Assembly: GCF_006345805.1 (NCBI RefSeq)
Contig: NW_021834900.1
Coordinates: 1-44,450, forward strand
Direction of reading: 5' to 3'
DNA: 44,450 nt
From: Octopus sinensis
Taxonomy: Eukaryota
Under the pieces are notes generated by a model. That model did not search any database. It saw only the letters and a list, made by a program, of their open reading frames with translations, and was not told the DNA's origin. The translations under genes and the position numbers were made by a program. Of this stretch, positions 22,503 to 34,213 are shown piece after piece. Each line of letters opens with the position of its first letter. Position 1 is the first letter of the stretch.

Positions 22503-22552
<50 letters not shown>

Positions 22553-22737
22553 CCTTTCTACTATAGACATAAGGCCTGAATTGGGTGGGGGATGTTTCAC
22601 TGGTACTTAACTTATCGACCCCGAAAGGATGAAAGACAAAGTCGACCTCGGCGGAATTTGAACTCAGAACGTAGCGGCCGGCGAAATACCGCTAAGCATT
22701 TCGCCCGGCGTGCTAACGATTCTGTCAGTTCGCCGCT

Positions 22738-22793
<56 letters not shown>

Positions 22794-23135
22794 CCTTTCT
22801 ACTATAGGCATAAGGCCTGAATTGGGTGGGGGATGTTTCACTGGTACTTAACTTATCGACCCCGAAAGGATGAAAGACAAAGTCGACCTCGGCGGAATTT
22901 GAACTCAGAACGTAGCGACCTGCGAAATACCTATTTACTACCCATAGGGGGCTAAACACAGAGAGGACAAACAAGGACAGACAAACGGATTAAGTCGATT
23001 ATATCGACCCCAGTGCGTAACTGGTTCTTTATTTATCGACCCCGAAAGGATGAAAGGCAAAGTCGACCTCGGCGACCTGCGAAATACCGCTAAGCATTTC
23101 GCCCAGCGTGCTAACGATTCTGCTAGCTCGCCGTC

Positions 23136-23180
<45 letters not shown>

Positions 23181-23355
23181 TAATAATAATAATAATGATG
23201 ATGATGATGGTCTCAAATTTTGCCACAAGGGCAGCAATTTTGGGGGATGGAATGAGTAGATTACATCGACTCTAGTGTTCAACTGGTACTATCGACGCTG
23301 AAAGGCAATGTTGACCTCGGCGGAATTTTAACTCAGAACGTAGCGACGGTGAAGT

Positions 23356-23402
<47 letters not shown>

Positions 23403-23645
23403 CCTTTCTACTATAGGCATAAGGCCTGAATTTTGGGTGGGGGGGGGGAGACGTTTCACTGGTACATAATTTATCGACCCCGAAAGGATGAAAGACAAAG
23501 TCAATCTCGGTGGAATTTGAACTGAGAACGTGAAAACTGACGAAATACCGCTAGGCATTTCGCTCGGCGTGCCAATGATTCTGTCAGCTCGCTGTCTTCA
23601 TCATGATGATGATGATGATAATAATAATAATAATAATAATAATAA
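22060..23645 (-). mobile_element. Tandem array of family A SINEs separated by (AAT)n tracts
   Basis: The unit landmark CCTTTCTACTATAG.CATAAGGCCTGAATT recurs at ~22316, 22553, 22794 and 23403. The period is ~240 bp in the first part. Confidence 0.92.
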
Positions 23646-23664
23646 TATAAAAAAGAAAATTATC

Positions 23665-23777
23665 TGTCAGAAGTGGGATTCGAACCCACGCCCACATTCG
23701 TGGACCAGAATACTCTACGTTCTGGTTAAGGTAACACACCTTGAGTCTGGCGCCTTAGACCGCTCGGCCATCCTGAC
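23665..23777 (-). tRNA. tRNA-Leu(CAA): tRNA-Leu(CAA) copy 2 with a 29-nt intron
   Basis: Exons are identical to copy 1 and the intron is one GT unit shorter. T4 and T6 runs lie downstream (23656-23659 and 23649-23654). Confidence 0.97.
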
Positions 23778-23839
23778 AGCTGACTGCGTGCTGCTTAATG
23801 AAGACTAGTAAACCGATGTGATAAGCTAAGTCTCTGAAA

Positions 23840-24506
23840 AAATAAATTAAGACATGACAGAGTTGGCCAATATCTCCACTGGCTAATAAGTCGGCATTAC
23901 AATATCAAAACTGCCGACAAGTGGTATAATCACCACCCTGAGGCTGTAACTGAAGGAGAAAATGTAACCATTCTGTGGGACTTTCCAGTACATACAGACC
24001 GAACCATCAAGGCCAATAAACCAGATATTGTTGTGAAAGACCAAAACAATAAAGTTTGCTTATTGATCGACATGAGCATCCCCTGTGATCATAATATCTC
24101 AGCGAAAGAGTTTGACAAGCTCAGAAAATATAAAGACCTACTCATTGAAATTGAGAAAATGTGGCATCTCAAGGCGGTTACAATACCAGTGATCGTAGGA
24201 GCACTAGGAATGATCAAGAAGGGAACCGAACATTATATGAGAATGATCCCTGGCTTACCATCCCTGCAAGAAGTGCAAAAGATTGTCTTAACTGGTACAT
24301 CACACGTATTGAGAAGAGCATTGTCGATGTGAGAACTGTTGCTGCTCATGTATTTTAATTTAACTTTAAAAAAAAATTTAAAAAAATGAACGAACTATTG
24401 AGTTTGGTTTAATGGCCTACCAATGTATACTATGAGTTTCTTTGCCCTAGGAGTCGGGAAGACACTCGGCAAGAAATGGAAGCAAATTTGAAAGAAGAAA
24501 AAAAAA
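23840..24506 (+). mobile_element. Young 5'-truncated R4/Dong-like non-LTR element: restriction-like endonuclease (RLE) domain, 3' UTR, then (TAA)n
   Basis: The frame is open from 23844 to 24332: KLRHDRVGQYLHW...WYNHHPEAVTEGENVTILWDFPVHTDRTIKANKPDIVVKD...LLIDMSIPCD..AKEFDKLRKYKDL...IPVIVGALG. This carries the RHD and PD-(D/E)xK motifs. (TAA)n follows at 24507-24560. Confidence 0.9.
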
Positions 24507-24562
<56 letters not shown>

Positions 24563-24868
24563 GAATCTGACTTGTTAACACTTCATACCTGCGAATAAAT
24601 ATGGAGATACTGAACAATTCAACTTAAAAAAATCATATTCTAAAATGAATTGATTAAAGAAATAAATATGATAACAGTGTGTGTAATTGGATGCCACGAA
24701 TAAATATGTGGTTCGAAATTGGTTTTTTAAAATGTCCCCACATACTCTGATATTTAGCACTAAAAAAAAATAAAAAGCTATTCATAAATAAAAACGTTTT
24801 ACTTGGTAATATAAATGTTGTTACATCATTTCCTCTGAGGATTAGAATTTAAAAAAAAAAAAATTATC

Positions 24869-24981
24869 TGTCAGAAGTGGGATTCGAACCCACGCCCACA
24901 TTCGTGGACCAGAATACTCTACGTTCTGGTTAAGGTAACACACCTTGAGTCTGGCGCCTTAGACCGCTCGGCCATCCTGAC
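24869..24981 (-). tRNA. tRNA-Leu(CAA): tRNA-Leu(CAA) copy 3 with a 29-nt intron
   Basis: Identical to copy 2. A T13 terminator lies at 24851-24863. Confidence 0.97.
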
Positions 24982-25399
24982 AGCTGACTGCGTGCTGCTT
25001 AATGAAGACTAGTAAACCGATGTGATAAGCTAAGTCTCTGAAAGTGCTTCTAAATTCGTCGCGTGATCTTGTCTATTTCTTACCTGTTAGGTTGTCGTTA
25101 TATTCCAGTTTCCGTAAACAATAAATGAATGGGTAAAAGTTTATTAGATTATTCTCTGTTCTGTTTTTAAAAGTAGACTAGTCTACTCAAGAGTTGATTA
25201 CTGATCAGTTTTAGACTTGCATAGAAGGTAGTTTTGTGTGAGAAATAGTTCAAGCAGTTCTGTTGCAACACGTTTGACATTGACTGACATTGAAACCTCT
25301 CTGGTATCTGCATTAGCAAGTCCCTTGACCGACAATAAATGCATTGATTCACTGGTATTGTATTTCTGTAGTTCTAGCTCGTCATTTGATGTAACTATT

Positions 25400-25516
25400 G
25401 TCTCGGTGGCCGCCAAAGCTCCGGGACTCACGTTACTGATACTTGTACCTTAACCACAGTTTCCGGTATTCTGTTTCACAAGTGTATATGTGGGTTCGAA
25501 TTACATACACTTGTCA
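25400..25516 (+). pseudogene. Decayed intron-containing tRNA-Leu pseudogene
   Basis: Colinear blocks TGGCCG, GACTCA, intron-derived TACCTTAACCA, GTATTCTG and GTGGGTTCGAAT match the intact genes. Confidence 0.7.
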
Positions 25517-25739
25517 TTTTCTTTCAAGCATATGCAACAAAAAATACTTTTAACAACATTAGAGAAGACTTCTAGCAAGTGCCGAAGAGAATGACAGTGT
25601 AGTCTCAATCTCTGCTTGTAAAAATAACACCCAACTACATTTTTCTCATGTAGCAAGCAGCATTGAAGTTTTGTGACAAAATCCCGCAAGGCCGTAATTT
25701 GTCGTACTGTCGTTTCCCAATAAGGACATGGAACTTAAG

Positions 25740-25830
25740 TAAATAGAGTCACGCACTGGGATCAGTGAAATCGACTAGCCCCTCCCCCAAATTGCAGACC
25801 TTGTGCCTATAGTAGAAAGGATTATTATTA

Positions 25831-25892
<62 letters not shown>

Positions 25893-25914
25893 TATTATTA
25901 TTATTATTATTATC
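25740..25914 (+). mobile_element. SINE family A tail plus (ATT)n
   Basis: CGCACTGGGATC..ATCGACTAGCCCCTCCCCC..CCTTGTGCCTATAGTAGAAAGG(ATT)n. Confidence 0.75.
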
Positions 25915-26045
25915 ATCACAGTTGGTACCACTCTTGCTTTGATATTCCACGTTTTCTTGATATATATTCTTAAGTCTATATATTTTACGATTTTCTGCGT
26001 TTCGTTACCATTGATGTGGGCAAGCTACATCGATCAACATACATT
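25915..26045 (-). mobile_element. RLE-domain fragment of another R4/Dong-like element
   Basis: The minus strand reads LIDVACP (frameshift) ETQKIVKYIDLRIYIKKTWNIKARVVPTV. Confidence 0.6.
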
Positions 26046-26049
26046 TCCT

Positions 26050-27000
26050 TACGGTACTTTTCTCTGTTATGTCTGACCTTGTATATTCAAGAACTCCCCA
26101 GTGGGCCGTTGCCCTTGGGAAATGGCATTGGTCATTATCTGGTATGCAAATATCCCAGCTAAAGTGTCTTCCTAAAGTTTCATCTATCGTTCACCTTTTG
26201 AAATGCAAACTTCTTGTTAGATCACACCATCGTAGTATGTGCTGACGGATCCCTCTCAGTCTCACTCTATTTACTCTAGAGTGTTCCAAGATTCGGACTC
26301 CCCCACCCCTTCACTCTTCTTCCTGTACATCAACGACCACCTGAGTGTTACGTTTAACAACACCCATTCCTATATAGACATTGTCCTTTTCTCGCCACTA
26401 ATATTCTGTACATAAACATCATCCACATACAATCTCATACCTCACATCAAACCTGCAGTACATCCTTGAACGGAGGCCTCGAAAACATCCCCAATGGTAT
26501 GATATCGATCTTATCTCTTCCAGCAGCATAAAACACAAGTATTACAAATATCAAGGAAACGCTTGTACTTTAATACTTATACTTATGAACAACACACCAG
26601 TTAGGCCTTCAAAGTCACTACAAATGCTGGACCAGGCCATTGCTAATGTATATATGGGTTCGAATTACACACTATCCTTTTCACCCGGTAATCTTACATC
26701 CACGTCATAGAAGAAATCTGTGTTCGAAAGATTAGAATCAGCTCCTAATATCTGTTAGCTTTCTACGAAGCTCATATGTTACTGCCTCATGTGGGACGGT
26801 GCTACTGTTACATACAAAACATCCTAGACTGCATTTCCCTAACAGGTCACACAATTAATTGTTATGAAGTCGCTGGTCAACACACATAACAATAAATTAA
26901 CCTCTGAACCACAAATGTGCTACCCGTCACTCAGCCTTTTCTACTGCCACTGCAATGGTTTCTGCTCTTCGATTCTAGCTGATCTCATTCCATTTCCACC
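26050..27000 (+). mobile_element. Heavily decayed LINE reverse transcriptase (CR1/Jockey group)
   Basis: NFLLDHTIVVCADGS, GVFQDS (for GVPQGS), FFLYIND and YCLMWDGA occur in the expected order across frameshifts. Confidence 0.6.
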
Positions 27001-27714
27001 CGAAAACACCCAACTTACCCTTCTCTCGTAATCTCATCCCCCAGTTGTGCACAAACCGCCAAATCTACCCAATCCTTCCTTTTCGTAACGTCATACTCCT
27101 GAAATTTTCTCCTTGCCCATGTTTTCCTGCAATCATCAATTTGTAGTTTTCAAATACACTAACCACCTCGGTACCACCAGTCTCCGAGGACCTGTGAGCT
27201 TCAAGGTTGCAGCTCCCTCCTCCTTACCAAAACTTTAAATTATCTTTTGGAAATGTTTCTGTTATAGCTTTACTGGCTGTAATTCTTAGTGAAGTAAATT
27301 TAAGTTGAAATATCAGTGACGTTGCTCTTTATGTCATGATCAAAAGAGAAAGAATCTCCTACACTGGTGGCAAGGAGAGGAGGACGAAACTAAGGTTCAC
27401 GTATTGGTTACTGTAGTATGAAATAATACGTCAATATATCGAGATCTCCTCAGGTCTCAATGGCTGCAACAGAATAGAGTCCGCTAAAGGAACACAAAAG
27501 CGAGGTAATAGAGGAGGTAATAGAGGTAATAGACGACAAAGCTGGTAAAATATTACTTGAAACACTCCAAGTCTTGTAGACTTTATAATTTGATTCCCAT
27601 AAAAGGAAAGATGCAATAACTTTGTGTTCAATTTGTTTCACATTCGAAAGAACGATGAGAATTTTAAAACAAAATTTATTTATATTCGTTTAATTTAGAC
27701 ACTAAATCTGCAAT

Positions 27715-27900
27715 TTTGAGGAGAAGGAAAAGTCAATAACATCAAAACCAATAAAAGACCATTAGTTTATTTTATCCACTCCAGAAAGAGGAAAAGCAAG
27801 AGGTCGACTGAGGCGATATTTGAACTCAGAACGTAAAGGGCTGGAAGAGATATTGCAATGTATTTTGTCGGATGCTCTAACGACTTAGCCATTCTACTGC
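27715..27900 (-). mobile_element. SINE family A, degraded
   Basis: GGTCGACTGAGGCGATATTTGAACTCAGAACG. Confidence 0.65.
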
Positions 27901-28237
27901 CCTTACTCTTACTTATAATTAAAAAACAAATGCAGTGACACGTTTACTCTTATGATAAATACTTAAGAAGATACCTTGATAATTATCTCCTACAGAAATT
28001 GTAATCACAAATAATACATTTTACTGATAAGAATGTTTTTCAGTTTTAAGGTAATCTTAAATCATAAATATTTAGCAGTAATAAGAGAAGAAATAAACGT
28101 CCAGAAGTAAGGATTGAACCTATTCCTGCATGACTTGACCTCAATACTTATCATTCTGCCAAAATCACAGAAGTATATTGAGTATGGTGACTTAGACAGA
28201 TCAGATGCCCTGACAAATGTGGTTGTACATATACGTG

Positions 28238-28545
28238 TGGAGGCGCAATGGCCTAGTGGTTAGGGCAGCGGACTCGCGGTCGTAGGATCGCGGTTTCGAT
28301 TCCCAGACCGGGCGTTGTGAGTGTTTATTGAGCGAAAACATCTAAAAGTTCCACGAGGCTCCGGCAGGGGGTGGTGGCGATCCCTGCTGTACTCTTTCGC
28401 CACAACTTTCTCTCACTCTTTCTTCTGTTGGCCTGCTCGCTTAGCCAGCGGGGTGGCGTCATTTGAAGGCTAAAACAATGCGAAGCGCATTGTGACCAGC
28501 GATGTGTAACAACATCTGATGGCCTGGTCGGTCACGGTGATCACA
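28238..28545 (+). mobile_element. SINE family B, tail type 1, with target-site duplication
   Basis: ACATATACGT flanks both ends. Confidence 0.92.
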
Positions 28546-28645
28546 TATACGTAGACATAAGTATGTATGTATGTATGTATGTATGTATGTATGTATGTAT
28601 GTATGTATGTATGTATGTATGTATGTATGTATAAAAAGAAAAGGA

Positions 28646-29226
28646 AAATAAAGAAAACTTCTAACAATGCAGACACTTTTTACAAAGACCTTTATATTTC
28701 AGGCACAAAGACCTACCTTCAGAAGGAAGCAGCCCAAGAAACGTTTAATTACACCGATTTCATTGCTTTATTTTAAACTGCTCGGCGTTTGGGTTAGTAG
28801 CAGCAGTTGGTCGTTGTGACGTATTGTGACGTACGGAGAAGAACACAGGAAAACTTCGCATCAACGAAGCTATACTGATTCACCGCCTCAACCCGAAAAA
28901 TTAACAGTCGATCGGAGATGGGCCGGTGGCTCCTATGAACACATCACGGCGACCACAACCAACATCATATAACAGATGCCACCGCCACCACCACCACCAC
29001 TACCGTACCACCTCACCCCACCCTATCACAACCACAACCACCACGTAAAAATACGTCACAACGTCCAACTGCTGCTGCTAACCCAAACACCGAGCAATTT
29101 AAGATAAAATAACGAAATTGATGTAACTAGACATATTTTGGACTGCTTCCTTCTGAAGGTAGGTCTTTGCGCATGAAACAAAGGGTTTTGCAAAACTTTC
29201 TGCGTTGTTAGAAGCTTTCTTTATTT
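28646..29226. mobile_element. Foldback/MITE-like element with ~180-bp imperfect terminal inverted repeats
   Basis: Arms at 28646-28825 and 29050-29226 share blocks such as CAAAGACCTACCTTCAGAAGGAAGCAG and GTTTGGGTTAG.AGCAGCAGTTGG.CGTTGTGACGTATT. Confidence 0.8.
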
Positions 29227-29293
29227 TTCTTTATTTTTTATTTCCGTTTTCTATTTCTTTACTACATTGCCTCGAGCGAATTACAACGCTCTT

Positions 29294-29974
29294 GTGTATG
29301 TATGTATGTATGTATGTATGTATGTATGTATGTATGTATGTATGTATGTATGTATGTATGTATGTATGTATGTATGTACGTACGTACGTATGTATGTATG
29401 TATGTATGTATGTATGTATGTATGTATGTATGTATGTATGTATGTATGTACGTATGTACGTACGTATGTACGTATGTATGTATGTATGTATGTATGTGTG
29501 TTTGTATGTATGTATGTATGTATGTATGTATGTATGTATGTATGTATGTATGTATGTATGTACGTACGTATGTACGTATGTACGTACGTATGTACGTATG
29601 TATATGTATGTATGTAGTATGTACGTACGTACGTACGTATGTATGTATGTATGTATGTATTATGTATGTATGTATGTATTATGTATGTATGTATGTACGT
29701 ACGTATGTACGTATGTATGTATGTATGTATGTGTGTTTGTGTGTATGTATGTATGTGTATGTATGTATGTAGTATGTATGTATGTATGTATGTACGTATG
29801 TACGTACGTATGTACGTATGTATGTATGTATGTTATGTATGTATGTATGTATGTGTGTTTGTGTGTATGTATGTATGTATGTATGTATGTACGTATGTAC
29901 GTATGTATGTATGTATGTATGTATGTATGTATGTATGTATGTATGTATGTATGTGTATGTATGTATGTATGTAC

Positions 29975-30005
<31 letters not shown>

Positions 30006-30060
30006 TGTATGTGTGTTGTATGTATGTATGTATGTATGTATGTATGTATGTATGTATGTA
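29294..30060. repeat. Very long (TATG)n / (TACG)n compound microsatellite (~770 bp)
   Basis: Read directly from the sequence. Confidence 0.98.
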
Positions 30061-31319
30061 CGGAGAGAGAGATGAGAGGGAGAGAGAGAAAGTAAGAATA
30101 GTGTTTCGTACACTGATTCCTAACCAAGATGAAAAACAAATTACGATGAAGCACTGTATTTTCTGGTGTTCACAGTACTACATATACATAGCCAGAAAAG
30201 GTGCTTGGATGACACCGGCCCACAGTGTGTGCGAGCGCGTGTAAGTGCGTGCACACGCATGTATAATATGCATGCATATACACTAACCTACTAACAAAAA
30301 TTGATAATCTTGTTTTAACCCAAATTCAATAGTAACAGTAAGATGCAAGACAAATGTATGCATTAACAGCATTTCTGTAGGAAATATTTCTAGAGTTCAT
30401 GAATAATAAATACAGCTTTACCATTTATAGAGAGAAAGAAAATTAACAGGAAGAAACAAAGGGATTGGAAGGGAAAGAACTACATTAATATTGAAAACAT
30501 ATATATAAATACAAATATATAAACAATGAATGAGATATATGAAAAGTATGGAAGAAAATTTTTTTTTTTATATCTTATTAATATCAGGACGCTAGCATCC
30601 CTGATGTTTCCAGATTTATCACACTGGGAAGGTCGATATAGCTGACGATATTACTTTAAACATATCTAGGTCAACGTTAGCATAAAAAAAAAAAAAAGCC
30701 TTAGACCATGAGGATTTATACATCAACAGCATTTCTATAGGAAATATTTCTAGAGTTCATGAGTAATAAATACAGCTTCACCATTTATAATTAGTAAATT
30801 CTGTTTTGGAGAGAACGACCTCTTTCGTAGAATGGAATTCTCGAATTTAGAATTTTTTTCTTTTTTTACAGCAAACATCTTCATACGGACGGTTTTGACC
30901 GATCAGTCATTCTTTGTATTGACGTCATTTATGCAGTACACCACAGTTGAATAAAAATGCCAGCAGATTTACACAATGAGTGAGCGAGTATGTCAGTTAC
31001 ATGACATGCTTCTACTGCAAGCAATAAAGAAGTTTAATGTCAGTTTTGTGATGCGTTTCTACGACTAACTGTTTATCTCATCAGCAGATGACTACATTTC
31101 TACCATAGTTAATTGGGTAAAGCATATTGTCTGAAACATGACTAGGCCATTGAAATATACTAAAAAAAAGATAATAATAATAAAAAAGAAAAGAAGCTAT
31201 TGTTTAAAAAATTCAGAGTTAAATGCCCTCTAGCGATTAAATCTCTAGTTTTATTCATCCTGTCTGGATATATTTGGATTTGTTCCATTATCATTTGTAG
31301 GCAAACAAAATATTTTCCG

Positions 31320-31630
31320 AGGAAAGTAATTGTCCGAAATGTTGGGTATATTACAACAAAACGATATTCTTAAAAATCATCAATTCAGTACGCAGACTAG
31401 TGCAAAAGGATGAAACAAAGTCCATACGCTTTTGCCCCGAATGTTGTTCTAGCCACCCAAAATACTGAAATAGAGAGTGATGAAGGTGCAATTTATGGAA
31501 GTGTTTGGCATACTACAGATCTTGAGAAAATATGGCAGTTAGGTCTATTTACTCAGGAATGTTTGTGTAATCTTATTAAAGACTTATCACTGTCTGAAGT
31601 GAAAGTGGAGAATCTTGACTTCATTTAATA
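31320..31630 (+). mobile_element. Possible DNA-transposase remnants (a piggyBac-like Cys-rich tail; an FTQ..L..LIKDLSLS motif)
   Basis: CPKCWVYYNK...RFCPEC and LFTQECLCNLIKDLSLSE resemble motifs I recall from invertebrate transposases. Weak, recognised by eye only. Confidence 0.25.
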
Positions 31631-32479
31631 TGCTTCCGTTAAAAAGAAGCGTCAGAGAAGAAATTTACATTTCACTGTTGATGTTCAATTTTTTAAACTG
31701 ATTCTATAAAAAAAGCGAACCCCCCCCCAAAAAAAAACCCCCAAAAAAAAACAAGCACAGTTTGCAGATTTAATCAAGCCATACCCTTTACTTAGATAAA
31801 TTGAAACCACTTTCGTATTTTTGGAGATAATCTCTTAGCTGTAAAAATTTTACACGTCATTAAAATAATTGACGCAAGGGGATATAATTCAATGTAACTT
31901 TAAGAATTCATGATCTTCCCACCCTACACAACCACAAACAGGCCAATGTGCATTGTTTATCGGAGGAACTATACCCTAATTCGGAGAATGCTTGGCTGCT
32001 ATAAATAGCAGATAGAAATTAAGCTATCGCAGTAGTGGATAGCTTAACTTGAATATTTGTGCTTTAGATATAAATTACATTTATGCTCAATAATATAGAG
32101 TAAAACAGAAGTGAAGGCACTCGTTGTCTAATGGATGGTAAGCGGTTAATGTTCCTGTAATATAGGAACACTAAATAGTACTCATACCTAATGAATCTGT
32201 TAAATGAACAAACTCTTAATTGAATAGCTCAATATAAACCAATTAGTGAGGGAAACAGATATTTATGGAGAAGCTAAATCTCTTTAAGAGCAGCTTAAGA
32301 GGAAGTTTGATAGCGACAACATTGATAAAAGAGGCAAACCGGCTGAATTTAAAACCGATAAAAGTTAGTTCGAATGTTTTGCGAAACGTTCGGGTTCTTT
32401 ACAATGTTGTTAGGTATTGCGAAACTGCTAAGTCAGATAATGTCGCTGCAAAAAACTATTGCACCGAATTTAGAGGTCT

Positions 32480-33090
32480 GGTGAAGTGTGCTCCTTATTG
32501 TTTTTTCGACTGGAAAAAGACCATTTTTGCATAAAATCATTACTTGTGATGATAAATGGATACTCTTTGACAACAGCAGGAGAACAGGACAGTGATTAGA
32601 TGCAGGGGAGTCACCTAAACGCTACCCAAACCTACCATTGACCCTAAAATGTTAGTGGTTACACTATCGTGGTCTGCGAAGGAAAAATGGTAACAGCAAC
32701 ATCGTATTGCAAGTAAATTGATTGAATGCTTGAGAATTTGAAAAAGAAGCAACCCAGATTAGTGAATAGAGATGGCCCAGTTTTGCTCCACAACAATGCA
32801 AGTCCTCATACACCTCAAGCTACAGTCCAAAAGCTGCAAAGCCTGAATTATGAGATTTTGCAACATCCTCCTTATTCCCCTGATATCTCTCCTACTGATC
32901 ATCACTTATTTAAGCATTTTGAACTTTTCATAAGTAATAAAACATTCTTAAATAGAGAAGAAGTAATTGAAGCATTCAGAAGGTTTATCACAGCAAAAGA
33001 TGAAATTTTTTTTTAAAGATGGAATATGTGACATAGAAAGACGTTGGGTAAACGTCATACATGAACATGGACCATACTTAAATTAAATAA
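32480..33090 (+). mobile_element. Mariner (DD34D) transposase relic
   Basis: LHKIITCDDKWILFDN, VLLHNNASPH and LQHPPYSPDISPTDHHLF are present, with stops and frameshifts. Confidence 0.92.
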
Positions 33091-33369
33091 ATCAGTTCTC
33101 TAACACTTCTGAAGCATTTTATTGTTACTTTTCAAATACGACATTTCATATATATATATATATAGATATATATATATATATATATAATATATATATTATG
33201 TATGTATGTATGTATTATGTATGTATGTATGTATGTATGTATGTATGTATGTATGTATGTATGTATGTGTGTGTATATGTTTGTATATATATATATATAT
33301 AATATATATATGTGTGTGTGTGTGTGTGTGTCTGTGTGTGTGTGTCTGTGTGTGTGTGTATGTGTTTGT

Positions 33370-33555
33370 GTGTCTGTTTGTCCTCCTTTAAGAACCGATG
33401 TTGGTGTGTTTACGTCCCCGAAACTTAGCGGTTCGGCAAAAGAGACAGATAGAATAAGTACTAGGCTTACAAGGAATATGTTCTGGGATCGATTTGTTCC
33501 ACTAAAGGTGTTGCTCCAACATGACCGCAGTCAAATGACTGAAACAAATAAAAGA
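33370..33555 (+). mobile_element. SINE family C, 3' half
   Basis: Direct match to the family C tail. Confidence 0.85.
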
Positions 33556-33782
33556 ATATAATATATTCATACACACGCACGTACACACACATTCACACAC
33601 ATATATACACACAAATACACGTACACACACACACATCATACACACATTTTATCGGATTAAGCAAAAAATAAAAAAATTACCAAAATTAGGTCAACTCGGA
33701 GATTTGATGTAAAGGAGGTCAGCGTCTGTATTGACCTAATTCGATATCAAATAAAAACAACAACAGTAGCAACAGCAGCAGC

Positions 33783-33819
<37 letters not shown>

Positions 33820-34092
33820 TAGTAGTAGTAGTGTCAGAATGAATTTATATTTTTTAGAGTGAAACGGGAAACGGTGTTGGGGATGGAATTAAGGGTGAAT
33901 GGCGTGAGGTAAATGTAATGGAGGCAAAAGAAGTAGCGGAGGAGGCGGTGGACGGGAAACGGAAATATCGAATCGATTGATAATATGTCGAGTTGGTAGC
34001 TTTAAATTTGTCTCACACAAAAAGTGTCGCCATTGAAAAAGGCCATTCTTATGAAATGTCACGTGATACTATGATACTATAAATACTTTGCA

Positions 34093-34144
<52 letters not shown>

Positions 34145-34213
34145 CACACACACACACACATATATATAGATAAGAAAGTTGGTTTGTGAAAGCACGTGGG
34201 TGAATATATAAAA

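Noticed and set aside
33688-33737. Three AGGTCA/TGACCT half-sites and an 11-bp inverted repeat, with a CACGTG E-box near 34060
   Set aside because: The spacings do not match a canonical nuclear-receptor element and short motifs are expected by chance.
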